A DNA stretch of 61,515 nucleotides, counting the filler. It is 4 parts of 4 records of this genome, joined end to end, with 100 filler letters (N's around TTAATTAATTAA, not from the genome) between each part and the next. Parts side by side here need not be neighbours in the genome. Positions count along the whole stretch, not along the records: positions 39,518 to 54,703 come from DRR723986_8409; 3 more parts are not named here. One strand, given 5' to 3'. Of the stretch, positions 39,518-49,916 are shown piece after piece. Both the position numbers and the translations under genes were made by a program. A model generated the notes under the pieces. It worked only from the letters and a program-made list of their open reading frames with translations, was not told where the DNA came from and made no database searches. The stretch's first letter is position 1. Each line of letters begins with the position of its first letter.

Positions 39518-41506
39518 CATGCCCTTGTCGATCATGATCTGGATACGAGACTTGGCCAATTCCAGCGAACCGATCAGCGTTTCATCGTTTGAAATACAGA
39601 TCGAGGCCTTTGCCTTCATCTCAGCAGTCCAGTCGGTAAAGGTGAACGCCTGATCCGCCAGCAAGGTGCCGATGTGCACTTCGATGATGCGGCCTTGGAA
39701 CACGTTATCGCCATGCTGTGCCAGCATCTGCAACTGCGTGGCATGCACAACATCACGGAAATCCATGTGGTCCGCCATCGTGCCCTTAAAGGTCACCTTG
39801 ACCGATTCAGGGATCGGCATCGAGGCTTCGCCGGTGGCCAGCGCCAGCGCCACGGTTCCCGAGTCCGCACCAAAGGCAACGCCCTTGGACATGCGGGTGT
39901 GGCTGTCTCCGCCGATGGTGATATCCCAATCATCTACGGTCAGGTCGTTCAGAACCTTGTGGATCACGTCTGTCATGGCGTGATACTCGCCCTTGGGATC
40001 GCGCGCGGTGATCAGGCCGAACTTGTTCATAAAGCTCATCAGCTTGGGGATATTGGCCTGCGCCTTGAGATCCCAAACCGACGCGGTGTGACAGCCCGAC
40101 TGATACGCGCCATCAACAGATGGCGAAATGACCGTCGCCGCCATCGCTTCAAGCTCTTGCGAGGTCATCAAACCGGTGGTGTCCTGCGATCCAACGATGT
40201 TGACCTTTACGCGCACATCGGAACCCGCATGCAGATCTGCAGTTGTCGCTACGCCACGCGCGTTTTTGTTAAAGATCTTCTCAACAGCCGTCAGGCCCTG
40301 CCCTTCGTGCGAAATCTCTTTCGACGGTGCAAAGGCAGACTTCAACTCTTGGCCAAGAGTTTCAGCCGCAAATGTTTGCAGCTTCTTGCCAAAGACCACA
40401 GCGTAAGAGCCGCCGGCCTTCATGAACTCTACCTTTTGCGGGGTAAAGGCAGAAGACACGTCAACCAGCTCGGTGTCGCCGTCGTACAGTTTTTTGGTTT
40501 TCGAGTTGATGGTCAGAACCTTGCCGGTTTCAACCGAATAGGCCTGTTCCAGCACTGGATCGCCGTTGTCATCTATCACGGTATTGCCGTCTGCATCAGT
40601 TTTCTTGACCCAGTTTTTCAGGTCAAGACCGATGCCGCCGGTCACGCCAACCGTGGTCAGAAAGATCGGTGAAATGCCATTTGTGCCCGCCACAACTGGG
40701 GCAAAGTTCACGAACGGCACATAGGGGCTGGCCTGATTGCCAGTCCACAGTGCCACGTTATTCACGCCGGACATCCGCGAGGACCCAACACCCATGGTGC
40801 CTTTTTCCGCGATCAGCATAACGCGCGCGTCAGGGTTTGCCTTTTGCAGCTCTTGGATTTCGGCCTGTGCTTCGGGCGTGATCATGCACTTGCCGTGCAA
40901 TTCACGGTCCGAGCGCGAGTGTGCTTGGTTACCGGGTGACAGCAAATCGGTCGAGATATCGCCTTCGCCAGCAATATAGGTGACGACCTTGATCTCTTCG
41001 TCGACCTCTGGGAGCTTGGTAAAGAACTCTGCCTTGGCATAGCTTTCCAAAATTTCCGTAGCCACGGCATTGCCTGCAGCATGGGCAGCGGCCAGACGGT
41101 CGGTGTCCGCCTCGTACAGGAACACTTGGGTTTTCAGAACTGTGGCAGCCTTTTCCGCGTTGGATGCATCATCGCCCAGCGCCAGATCCAACAGAACCTC
41201 AACCGACGGGCCGCCCTTCATATGTGAAAGCAGCTCGAACGCAAACACAGGGGTGATTTCTGCAACAGCGACATCGCCCAACACGATCTCTTTCAGAAAC
41301 TTTGCCTTCTCACCCGCGGCGCTGGTTGTGCCAGGGAGGGTGTTGTAGATGAAAAACTGCAAGGACGCTTCGCGATCCTTGTTTTCGGTGTCTTTGATCT
41401 GCGAGATAAGCTCAGCTACAAGCGCGCCATCGTCGATGGGCTTAGGGTGCAAACCCTGTTCTTTACGAGTTTCGATCTCGGTTAGGTAGTCACTGTACAA
41501 AGTCAT
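39518..41506 (-). CDS. acnB: Aconitate hydratase B (3' truncated)
   Basis: HEAT-like N-terminus, TDLLSP, GVGSSRMSG, GSQDTTG, QSGCHTA, GGDSHTR. Confidence 0.93.
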
Positions 41507-41817
41507 GGTTTTGCCGCCGATATAGTGTTGCACGTTGCTTGAACACAGGGTGCCAGAAACGTCTGGCGAGTCGCGTCAAGCTCAATTGTATGCAATGGTA
41601 TACTTATTGCACTGGAATTACAAGATGCTCAGCCGGGCTTTGCTGGGGCATCGCCCCCAAAACGCACAAAACTGACACCAAGATCCGCCATTAAAGGCCC
41701 TTTTAGACAAAGAGCACGATGTGTGCACTGCGGCAACTTTGATCGCAGCACACCCAATTCGCCTTGCACACCAGCCCCAATAGCACGGTATGCAACTTGA
41801 TTGCAGTCAGCCAGGGA

Positions 41818-42747
41818 TCAGGAGGCCCCCTCCTCCACGGCCTGAACCGCACGCTCTGCCATGGCCAATATTGCCTCACGCGAATTCGCAACCGCAATAA
41901 AGCGCGCGTTGTGGCAGAACTTTGCCCCCTTAACACCGCTCGCGTCTTCTAGATCCGTATCGGTCAAACCGGCCCAGCTCTCTGGCAGATCAGCGCGTTG
42001 ATCAAACGTGTCACCCGACAGTTTGATGCCATTCAGGGTCCAGTCCCCGCCCCGCGGATTGACCACGAACAAGATATGATCCGCCCCCGCCTTATCCAAA
42101 GCAGAGCGATACGGCATGCCCATAGGCAATTCGAGAATGGCAGACGTCCCTGCCTTGGCAATGGCATCCTCTACCAGACCTAGCGCACGTGCCTTGGCGG
42201 CAAGGTTTTGAATGAATGCCTCGATAAAACTCTGAACGATCGGGATCGCGGCAAAAAATGCATCGTTGTCAGCCGTTGGCGAGGTGTCGTCGAACACAGG
42301 CTTCAGGCTTCCCAACAGCGTGGGCAACGTCAGTACAGACAGCGGCCCCGCCACCGAAGGCTCCATCGCGCCATTGTCCAGCAGATCAATCGGCAGTACA
42401 AACTTGGCATCGAACTTGACGTGGATCGCCTCGACCTCGTTGGCCGGCACCCCCAAAGCTGCCAGATAAGCCTGACCATAATGCGCCCAGATCAAACCAA
42501 ACGAACTAAAGGGCTGCCCATCCTCACGCAGCGGACCGGGGCGCTGGTGATGATCAAAGATCTGCTGCTCGACATCATACTTGCCGCCCACATCATAAAT
42601 GATCTTGTCATCCGCAGGGACAAGCATCGCACGATCCCGTGTCCGTACCAACTCGGCTTGCGGGTACAGACGTCTCAGAATGACCGACGACATCAACTCA
42701 TCAGCGTGGAAGCCACCAGAATGCGTAACAAGATAGGATATGGTCAT
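41818..42747 (-). CDS. MYG1 family protein (DHH-type exonuclease)
   Basis: THSGGFHADE, RTRD, DVGG, FDHHQ, SSFGLIW, FCH. Confidence 0.88.
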   Translation of the reverse strand: MTISYLVTHSGGFHADELMSSVILRRLYPQAELVRTRDRAMLVPADDKIIYDVGGKYDVEQQIFDHHQRPGPLREDGQPFSSFGLIWAHYGQAYLAALGVPANEVEAIHVKFDAKFVLPIDLLDNGAMEPSVAGPLSVLTLPTLLGSLKPVFDDTSPTADNDAFFAAIPIVQSFIEAFIQNLAAKARALGLVEDAIAKAGTSAILELPMGMPYRSALDKAGADHILFVVNPRGGDWTLNGIKLSGDTFDQRADLPESWAGLTDTDLEDASGVKGAKFCHNARFIAVANSREAILAMAERAVQAVEEGAS

Positions 42748-43003
42748 TGATGGGGGCTCCAAGAGGTCGGGCAAAAGAAAAAGTTGGCGGACCCCATCGG
42801 CTCAGGATGGAATCAAGCGCTCTCTTCACAGTGGTTCAGGGTCAGATCAATAGGTTTGTCTGAATTTGCACCTGATGTTCGCACCCCAAACAATAGCCAC
42901 CTCCCAAAGACGCAGGGAAAATCATTCCCCTAGCCCCATGAAAACGCTGGTGATCAATCTCAAAATCACTCATTCTTTACCAAAATCGCGGAGAGAGCAT
43001 TTT

Positions 43004-43285
43004 ATGAAAAAATTAGCTTTGTTATTGGCAGGCACAGCTCAGATTCTGGCGTCTTGCGAAGAATTCGAAACCGGAGGCAGCAGCGCATCTGGCCAATATC
43101 TTGGAACATTGCCAGAGGGCGTAGTTGAAATTGCAGCCCCAAATCAGGATTTGAAATCGGTAAAGATTGATCCCGTGGATGGCTGCTATGTGTATCGCCA
43201 CGCCGGCCCGGTCGAAACGACCTTCCTGCCGCTCCGATCTAATAGCGGGCAACCCATCTGTTCCCGCGCGCCCGAACCGGCATAA
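43004..43285 (+). CDS. Small hypothetical lipoprotein
   Basis: GGAG upstream of ATG; lipobox LASC; Cys pair (DGCY...PIC). Confidence 0.7.
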   Translation: MKKLALLLAGTAQILASCEEFETGGSSASGQYLGTLPEGVVEIAAPNQDLKSVKIDPVDGCYVYRHAGPVETTFLPLRSNSGQPICSRAPEPA

Positions 43286-43328
43286 AGGTCGGCTTTTCAC
43301 CGACCTAAACTGCACAGTCGAGGTCGCC

Positions 43329-43988
43329 TTATGCGGCGCTATTACCTTCTGGCGCATACAGATATGCAGTCGCACCCGTGGAAACGTGTTCGTACAGCTC
43401 ATTGATATGCGGCATAACCATGCGCACACAGCCCGAACTGGCGCGCCCCCCAATAGACTGCGGGTTGGGCGATCCGTGAATGCGCAAATAGGTGTCGCGG
43501 TTGCCGTCGAACAGATACAAAGCGCGTGATCCCAGCGGATTGGTGGGTCCGCCGTTCATACCATCTGCGTGCTTGGCATAGGCCCCCGGATCACGTTCGA
43601 TCATCGCAGCCGTCGGGGTCCACGTGGGCCACTTGGCCTTTCGCCGGATCGTGTAGGTGCCCGGCTCATACAGATTACCCCGTGCAATCGCCACGCCATA
43701 GCGCATTGCGGTGCCATCGCCCCGAACATGATAAAGATATCGCGCAACGGCATCGACATGGATATCCCCGGGCGTCAGGCCAGCGTTCGCCTCAACCCGT
43801 TGCGGCAAAAATCGCCGATGCAGACCCCACGGGTTTGATGTTGCCGGGTCATATCCAGCAGGCGTCACCTGGGCATCCCAAGCGGACCATTTCGATTGAT
43901 TGGACGTCGGGCCCGCCCACGCTGAGGTCGGTAAAGGAGCCGAAAACAACGCGGCTGTAGAAATAATGAAATGGCGTCTGGTTAACAT
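43329..43988 (-). CDS. L,D-transpeptidase (YkuD/ErfK family), Tat-exported
   Basis: TRRHF, NPLGSRALY, RIHG...SSGCVRM. Confidence 0.92.
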   Translation of the reverse strand: MLTRRHFIISTAALFSAPLPTSAWAGPTSNQSKWSAWDAQVTPAGYDPATSNPWGLHRRFLPQRVEANAGLTPGDIHVDAVARYLYHVRGDGTAMRYGVAIARGNLYEPGTYTIRRKAKWPTWTPTAAMIERDPGAYAKHADGMNGGPTNPLGSRALYLFDGNRDTYLRIHGSPNPQSIGGRASSGCVRMVMPHINELYEHVSTGATAYLYAPEGNSAA

Positions 43989-44382
43989 AAGTCCACAATC
44001 CTTGTTTTCAGCGTTTCAATACCCGCTCGCCTATTAAGATACCCATCATCGTCAAAAGTACCAGTCAATTACCCGCGCGCCTTCGCAAAAGATCGCCTAA
44101 ACCGGTCCGGCAAAAGCTCAGAACACGAGCGGAACAACCTGCACCACTTAAATGGACCTCTGATTTATTTGGCTCCATTTGCACATAAGGAAAGGGTGGT
44201 GAATTTTAAGGCGACGGCCCAACAGGTTAACGAAATTATGGTCGGCGGAAAATGGACCAAAACTCAGGAACAGAGTTGCACCAAAATCAGTGGGGTGTAA
44301 CGTCTCTGTATGTGTCACAAAGTCGTGATACCCTGCCCGTAACTACAATTTAGTTGATTTTGTCGGGCCACGAGGAATTGTT

Positions 44383-45744
44383 ATGTCTCAAAGCTTACTC
44401 AGGTATACGCGCATACTCGAAATCGTTGGCGATACCCTAAAAGTCAAAGTTCCACAGCAATCTGAAACAGAAACACACGTCAGATTCGGGGATTTGGCTG
44501 TCATTGAAACGGTGGATGGGCACAAATCACTGGCGCAGGTTATTTTCATTGATCGCGATGTGGTCACGCTGCAAGTGTTTTCCGGAACCAAAGGCATATC
44601 AACCGGCGCGTCCGCAACCTTTTTGGGGCACCCAATGCAGGTTCCCTATTCCGAAAACATTCTGGGGCGTGTGTTCGATGGCGCAGGCATCCCAATCGAC
44701 GGCGGGCCGGATCTATCCGCTGAACCGCGCCTGACAATCGGAGGGCCTTCGGTAAATCCGGCAAAACGCACCGTCCCCAAAAAGATGATCCGCACCAATG
44801 TGCCGATGATCGACGTGTTCAACACCTTAGTCGAAAGCCAGAAGATCCCTATTTTTTCGGTGTCCGGCGAACCCTTTAACACGTTTCTGTCGCGCATCGG
44901 CATACAGGCCGACGCAGATGTAGTGATCTTTGGCGGCCTTGGGCTGATCTTTGATGACTTCTATACCTTTCGAAAATCCTTTGAGGACGCCGGTGTCTTT
45001 TCTCGCACGGTGATGTTCGTCAACAAAGCGCTGGATCCACTGGTTGAACGCCTACTGGTGCCCGATATGGCGCTGGCTGTGGCTGAAAAATTTGCCGTCG
45101 AAGAAGGCAAGCGCGTTCTTGTCTTGATGACCGACATGACCTCTTACGCCGACGCCATGAAAGAGGTTGGCATCAGTCAGGAACGTGTCCCCTCCAATCG
45201 GGGGTATATGGGCGATCTCTATTCTCAACTGGCACGACGTTATGAAAAGGCGTGTGATTTTGCCCAAGGCGGCTCGATCACGATTTTGACGGTCACCACG
45301 ATGCCCGGCAACGACGTGACCCACCCTGTGCCCGATAACACCGGCTATATCACCGAAGGGCAGCTATACCTGCACTCGGGTGTGATCGACCCGTTCGGCA
45401 GCCTGTCCCGCCTCAAACAGAACGTGATTGGCAAAGAAACACGCGAAGATCACGGCCAGATCATGAACACCATGGTGCGGTTCTATTCTGAATCCCGGGA
45501 TGCAGCGCAAAAACAGGCCATGGCTTTTGATCTGTCCGACTACGATTACCAGCTGCTAAAGTTCGGCGATCTGTTCCGAAGCCGGTTTATGGATATAAAC
45601 GTTTCAATCGCGTTAGAGGATGCACTGGATCTGGGGTGGCAAACCCTGGCCGAGTGCTTCCAACCCGAGCAATTGTTGATGAAGCAAGCCTTGGTCGACA
45701 AATACTTCCCAAAGGTGGCCCATGGCACGGTTGCAGCTCAATAA
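44383..45744 (+). CDS. ntpB: V/A-type ATP synthase subunit B
   Basis: [47 protein letters not shown]. Confidence 0.93.
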   Translation: MSQSLLRYTRILEIVGDTLKVKVPQQSETETHVRFGDLAVIETVDGHKSLAQVIFIDRDVVTLQVFSGTKGISTGASATFLGHPMQVPYSENILGRVFDGAGIPIDGGPDLSAEPRLTIGGPSVNPAKRTVPKKMIRTNVPMIDVFNTLVESQKIPIFSVSGEPFNTFLSRIGIQADADVVIFGGLGLIFDDFYTFRKSFEDAGVFSRTVMFVNKALDPLVERLLVPDMALAVAEKFAVEEGKRVLVLMTDMTSYADAMKEVGISQERVPSNRGYMGDLYSQLARRYEKACDFAQGGSITILTVTTMPGNDVTHPVPDNTGYITEGQLYLHSGVIDPFGSLSRLKQNVIGKETREDHGQIMNTMVRFYSESRDAAQKQAMAFDLSDYDYQLLKFGDLFRSRFMDINVSIALEDALDLGWQTLAECFQPEQLLMKQALVDKYFPKVAHGTVAAQ

Positions 45745-46327
45745 AAGCGCACTGGCGCATGAAACGACCCAGCTGCGCAGCTATGAGCGGTTCCTGCCAT
45801 CGCTGGATCTCAAGCGTCAGCAGCTGATGGCCGAACGTGCCAAGGCGCGCGCGGATGTTGCGACATTGATGGCACAGGTCAACGATCTGGCGCAATCGGT
45901 GGGCAAACGCGTCCCTATGCTGGCCCAAGACGGGGTTGATTTAGATGGATTGGTCACACTGCAAGATTACCACGTCAAAGAAGTGAATGTGGTCGGCGTC
46001 AAGCTGCCTGAACTTGACCGGATGGTGGTCGCCGTTCGCCCCTACTCCCCTATGGCCAAACCGCAATGGGTCGATGCTGTCGCCCAGCTGCTACACGACA
46101 TGATCGAAGCCCGGCTCAAAGTCTCGGTCGCGCAGCAGCGCGTGCGCATTTTCGACAAGGCGGTGGACACTGTAACCCAGCGCGTGAACCTGTTTGAAAA
46201 AGTCCTCATCCCGCGCGCCAAGGCCAACATCAAGAAAATCCGCATTTTCCTGAGCGATGAACAAATGCAGGCTGTGGTTCGCTCAAAGATCTCCAAACGC
46301 AAACGCGCACAGGAGAGGCTGAGATGA
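45722..46327 (+). CDS. ntpD: V/A-type ATP synthase subunit D
   Basis: [24 protein letters not shown]. Confidence 0.9.
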   Translation: MARLQLNKSALAHETTQLRSYERFLPSLDLKRQQLMAERAKARADVATLMAQVNDLAQSVGKRVPMLAQDGVDLDGLVTLQDYHVKEVNVVGVKLPELDRMVVAVRPYSPMAKPQWVDAVAQLLHDMIEARLKVSVAQQRVRIFDKAVDTVTQRVNLFEKVLIPRAKANIKKIRIFLSDEQMQAVVRSKISKRKRAQERLR

Positions 46328-48105
46328 GCATTGCCCGGCTAAAGAAGCTGACGCTACTTGGTCCGCTGGATCAAAAACACGCGGCGCTAGAGATCCTGCA
46401 AGACTTGGGTTGCATGCACATATTGCCCCTTGCGCCCTTGCCCGACGCCCCAGAAAAGATCAATGAATCCGGGGCCAAGGATGCCTATAAGGTCCTGCGT
46501 TTCTTGGGTGACGTTCCAAAACCGCGCCGCCAAGTGCACCGCGACCCGGATTTCGACATGACCGCGGCGGTGAAACAGGGCCTCGCCCTGATGCAGCGCA
46601 TTCGGGACACGGGGGATCGGCGCGATTTTCTAGCCCATCGCATCACTCAAGTGCGCCCTTGGGGCGATCTGGAATTCCCGCCAAAGGAAGAGCTGGCTGG
46701 CAACCATTTCTGGTTCTATCGCTTGCCGGTAAAACACCGCAAAACTTTGGATGATCTGCCCATGCCTTGGGCCATCCTGCATCAGGATCATCGGTCGCTC
46801 TATGTCGTGCTGATTGCCCCGGATGAGCCCGCTGATGACATCCTGCCCGCGCCGCGCACGCACACCGGCTCCCTCCCAATCCATGAGTTGGAGGAGCAGC
46901 TAGAAGAGGCAGAAATCGCGCTCGAAGGGCTCGAGGCCGAGCGGATCGCGCAAACCCGCTACCTGACTTTGATGCGGCGCAACCTAGCCGTTGCCGAAAC
47001 GCAGTCTGAACTGGCCCATGCCGAACAGCAGGTGCTCACACAGGATGAGCTGTTTGCCGTTCAAGGCTGGGTGCCAGAGGATCAATTGGATGCGATCCGG
47101 GAAAAAACCCAAGGCTTTGCCCTGCTGATCGAGGACCCCGCGCCCGATGAACTGCCCCCGACCCTGCTTGAGCAACCCCAAGACCGTAGCGCTGGCGTTG
47201 ATCTGGCGATGTTCTATCAGGTTCCCAACTACAACGGGTGGGACCCAACACTGTTACTGATCGGCTCATTCGCAATGTTCTTTGCGATGATCGTCGCTGA
47301 CGCGGGATATGGCTTTGTCATTTTGGGTGGGCTTCTTGCAGCTTGGGCTCCGCTTGGACGAACAGCGCAAACACGATCCTGGCGCCGCGTCGGTCTGATC
47401 ATTTCCACAGCCACCATTGCTTACGGAGTTGCGGTCGGCAGTTATTTTGGAACCCTGCCGCCAGGCTTGTCAGCCCTGCAAGTTCTGGACCTCAATAATT
47501 TCAGCGCCATGATGCTATTGTCGATCCTGATCGGGGTCGCCCACTTGGTGCTTGCCAATGCCCTCGCAGCGCGTGCGGCATGGGGGCACCGCAAAGCCAT
47601 CGCGAACATAGGCTGGATCGCCGCCTTGACTGGTGGGTTACTCCTGTGGCTCGCCAACATGCGCGGTTCCACCCCACTATTGGGCGGGGGGGTTATGGCT
47701 CTTGGCCTGTTGACGATCTTAGCCTTTTCCAGCGACCGCCCCGTGCAGCGTCCAACCGATTGGCTCTGGCGTTTACTGGATGGTGGGCAAGCACTTGCCG
47801 GCGCCATGGGGGCCTTTGGCGATGTGCTCAGCTATATGCGCCTGTTTGCGCTTGGACTGGCCTCTGCATCACTTGCCGTCACGTTCAACGATCTGGCCCT
47901 AACGGTGATGGAGGCCCTGCCCGGCCTTGGCATCTTGCTCGGGGTCCTCATTTTGCTGATAGGCCACGCCCTAAATTTTGCCCTCGCGTTGATGAGCGGC
48001 GTCGTGCACGGGCTGCGACTGAATTACATCGAATTCTACAAATGGGGTTTGCCAGAGGAAGGCGTCGCCTTTCGCAAGTTTGCCCGCAAGGAGGTTCAGG
48101 AATGA
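46324..48105 (+). CDS. ntpI: V/A-type ATP synthase subunit I (a)
   Basis: GWVP, DAGYG, DVLSYMRLFALGLAS (essential Arg), HGLRLNYIEF. Confidence 0.92.
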   Translation: MSIARLKKLTLLGPLDQKHAALEILQDLGCMHILPLAPLPDAPEKINESGAKDAYKVLRFLGDVPKPRRQVHRDPDFDMTAAVKQGLALMQRIRDTGDRRDFLAHRITQVRPWGDLEFPPKEELAGNHFWFYRLPVKHRKTLDDLPMPWAILHQDHRSLYVVLIAPDEPADDILPAPRTHTGSLPIHELEEQLEEAEIALEGLEAERIAQTRYLTLMRRNLAVAETQSELAHAEQQVLTQDELFAVQGWVPEDQLDAIREKTQGFALLIEDPAPDELPPTLLEQPQDRSAGVDLAMFYQVPNYNGWDPTLLLIGSFAMFFAMIVADAGYGFVILGGLLAAWAPLGRTAQTRSWRRVGLIISTATIAYGVAVGSYFGTLPPGLSALQVLDLNNFSAMMLLSILIGVAHLVLANALAARAAWGHRKAIANIGWIAALTGGLLLWLANMRGSTPLLGGGVMALGLLTILAFSSDRPVQRPTDWLWRLLDGGQALAGAMGAFGDVLSYMRLFALGLASASLAVTFNDLALTVMEALPGLGILLGVLILLIGHALNFALALMSGVVHGLRLNYIEFYKWGLPEEGVAFRKFARKEVQE

Positions 48106-48545
48106 ATGAATTGGTACTCGCCCTGGGATGGCTGGGGATTTACGCACCGATGGCCCTGGGCACTGTCGCCAGCGCCATTGGCTGCTCGATCGCAGGTCAG
48201 GCCAGCATCGGCGCAATGACCGAAGTCGACAGCGGCTATGGCCGGTTTGTCGGCATCTCGGCGTTTCCATCAACCTTTGTGATTTATGGCATCGTCATCA
48301 TGTTCACCCTCAACCGTGAGGTCACACCAGAAAACGCCGGCGGGTTGTTTGGCATTGGTATCTTGGCGGGAATCGCGCTGCTCTATTGTGGCATTTCACA
48401 GGGCCGTGCCTGCGCCAGTGCCATCAATGCAGCGAAAGAAAAGCCCGAGATCTTTGGATTGGCGCTGGCTCCGGCCGCCATCATCGAAGGGTTCGGCGTC
48501 TTTGCCTTTGTTTTTGCATTGGTGATCAGTGCGGGGATTAGCTGA
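48102..48545 (+). CDS. ntpK: V/A-type ATP synthase subunit K (c), four-helix proteolipid
   Basis: ATG overlaps the subunit I stop; 147 aa, two hairpins, Glu only in helix 4 (AAIIEGFG). Confidence 0.9.
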   Translation: MNELVLALGWLGIYAPMALGTVASAIGCSIAGQASIGAMTEVDSGYGRFVGISAFPSTFVIYGIVIMFTLNREVTPENAGGLFGIGILAGIALLYCGISQGRACASAINAAKEKPEIFGLALAPAAIIEGFGVFAFVFALVISAGIS

Positions 48546-49222
48546 TGAAACAAGAGGGCATGATTTCACAGGGTGTTGATGCCCTGATCGACAAACTGCG
48601 CAACGATGGAGTTGCCGCCGGACAGGCCGATGCAGATCGCATGCGGGCCGAAGCCAAAGCCGAAGCAGCCCAGATCGTCGAAGACGCAAAACGCGAAGCC
48701 GATGCCTTGGCCAAAACCGCCCGATCCGAGGCCGAAACCTATCGCGCTGCGGGCGAACAGGCATTGGACACAGCAATGCGCGACGCAGTTCTCACCATGA
48801 AGGCCGGTCTGACCGAGCAGTTTGCCCAAGACGTGCAACGCCTTGTGTCCAAGGAAATGACAAACCCTGATCTGCTAAAACAGATGATCCTCGAGATCGT
48901 TGGCGCAACCGCAGCGCAGTCAAACCTATCTGGCAAAACCGGGGTTATACTGCCAGCCAAGGTCGCAACCCCAGATGACATTCGACAAGACGCTGACGCG
49001 CTCCAATCCGGGGCCTTGACCAAATACGTTCTGGGTTTGACCGCCGAGATGCTTCGCCACGATGTAACCCTGCATGCAACCGATGATATCGACCACGGCA
49101 TTCGGGTCCGCGCCGAAGACCAAGGCGTTGTGCTAGATCTCACGGACCGCGCCGTTGCGTCCTTGTTGATGGAACACCTACAACCTCGCTTCCGTGCCGT
49201 GCTTGAGGGTGTGATCCGCTAA
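48545..49222 (+). CDS. ntpE: V/A-type ATP synthase subunit E
   Basis: LIDKLRNDGV, long Ala/Glu/Lys coiled coil, C-terminal LQPRFRAVL; operon position. Confidence 0.8.
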   Translation: MKQEGMISQGVDALIDKLRNDGVAAGQADADRMRAEAKAEAAQIVEDAKREADALAKTARSEAETYRAAGEQALDTAMRDAVLTMKAGLTEQFAQDVQRLVSKEMTNPDLLKQMILEIVGATAAQSNLSGKTGVILPAKVATPDDIRQDADALQSGALTKYVLGLTAEMLRHDVTLHATDDIDHGIRVRAEDQGVVLDLTDRAVASLLMEHLQPRFRAVLEGVIR

Positions 49223-49223
49223 A

Positions 49224-49916
49224 ATGAGCACTCAGGACAGCTATACAGCGCTTATGTGCAGCCTACCCCGGTCCGAACGCTTGTTCGTTGACCGATTACC
49301 ACCTCTGTCGCGGCTGCGCTTGAACAAGCGACTGCGGGCCCTGTCTCCGGAAGATGCCAAGGTCCTACACCTTCTCGAACACGTGCTAAGTTGGCAGGAA
49401 TACGACATCGAGATCACCGAAGCCCAAGCTGTAGATCGCGCCAAACACGTGCTCCCGCTAATCCCGCACTCAACTCTGCGCTACCTGTTTCTGGACCGAA
49501 TGGAACTGCGCAGCGCCGTCGCTGCCCTGCGTTTGCGCCATCGGGGCGACCCTGCGCCGACCACCCCCTTTGGGTTTGGCCGCTGGACTCGCCATATCCC
49601 GGCCCATTGGTCCGAGCCAACATTTGGATTAGATGCGCCGCTGCCTTGGTTAAATGAGGCGCGTCACCTCTTGGAACAAAACGATCCCTTGGGATTGGAG
49701 CGCCACCTACTCGACACCAGTCACCGCCAATTGAAACGATACGGCGCGCGGCATCATTTCGATTTCGAAGCGGTCGCTATCTATGTGCTGACCTGGAACA
49801 TTTTTGACCGCTGGGCCCACAGTAACGCCGAAGCTGCTGCCGAGCGATTTGAAGTGTTGGCACAGCAAGCAATGGCCGCCTTTGGTGACATCAATCTTGA
49901 GGGAACTCATCCATGA
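49224..49916 (+). CDS. DUF2764 family protein (V-ATPase subunit C-like)
   Basis: Y..LMCSLP N-terminus, HFDFEAV..Y C-terminus; lies between E and A. Confidence 0.72.
   Translation: MSTQDSYTALMCSLPRSERLFVDRLPPLSRLRLNKRLRALSPEDAKVLHLLEHVLSWQEYDIEITEAQAVDRAKHVLPLIPHSTLRYLFLDRMELRSAVAALRLRHRGDPAPTTPFGFGRWTRHIPAHWSEPTFGLDAPLPWLNEARHLLEQNDPLGLERHLLDTSHRQLKRYGARHHFDFEAVAIYVLTWNIFDRWAHSNAEAAAERFEVLAQQAMAAFGDINLEGTHP

Noticed and set aside
44350-44372. TTGAT half-site upstream of the V-ATPase operon as an FNR box
   Set aside because: The second half-site does not match ATCAA at the required spacing
47580-48101. 321-aa ORF suggesting an N-terminally extended or fused subunit K
   Set aside because: The extension overlaps subunit I in another frame; the real start is the ATG at 48102, after AAGGAGG
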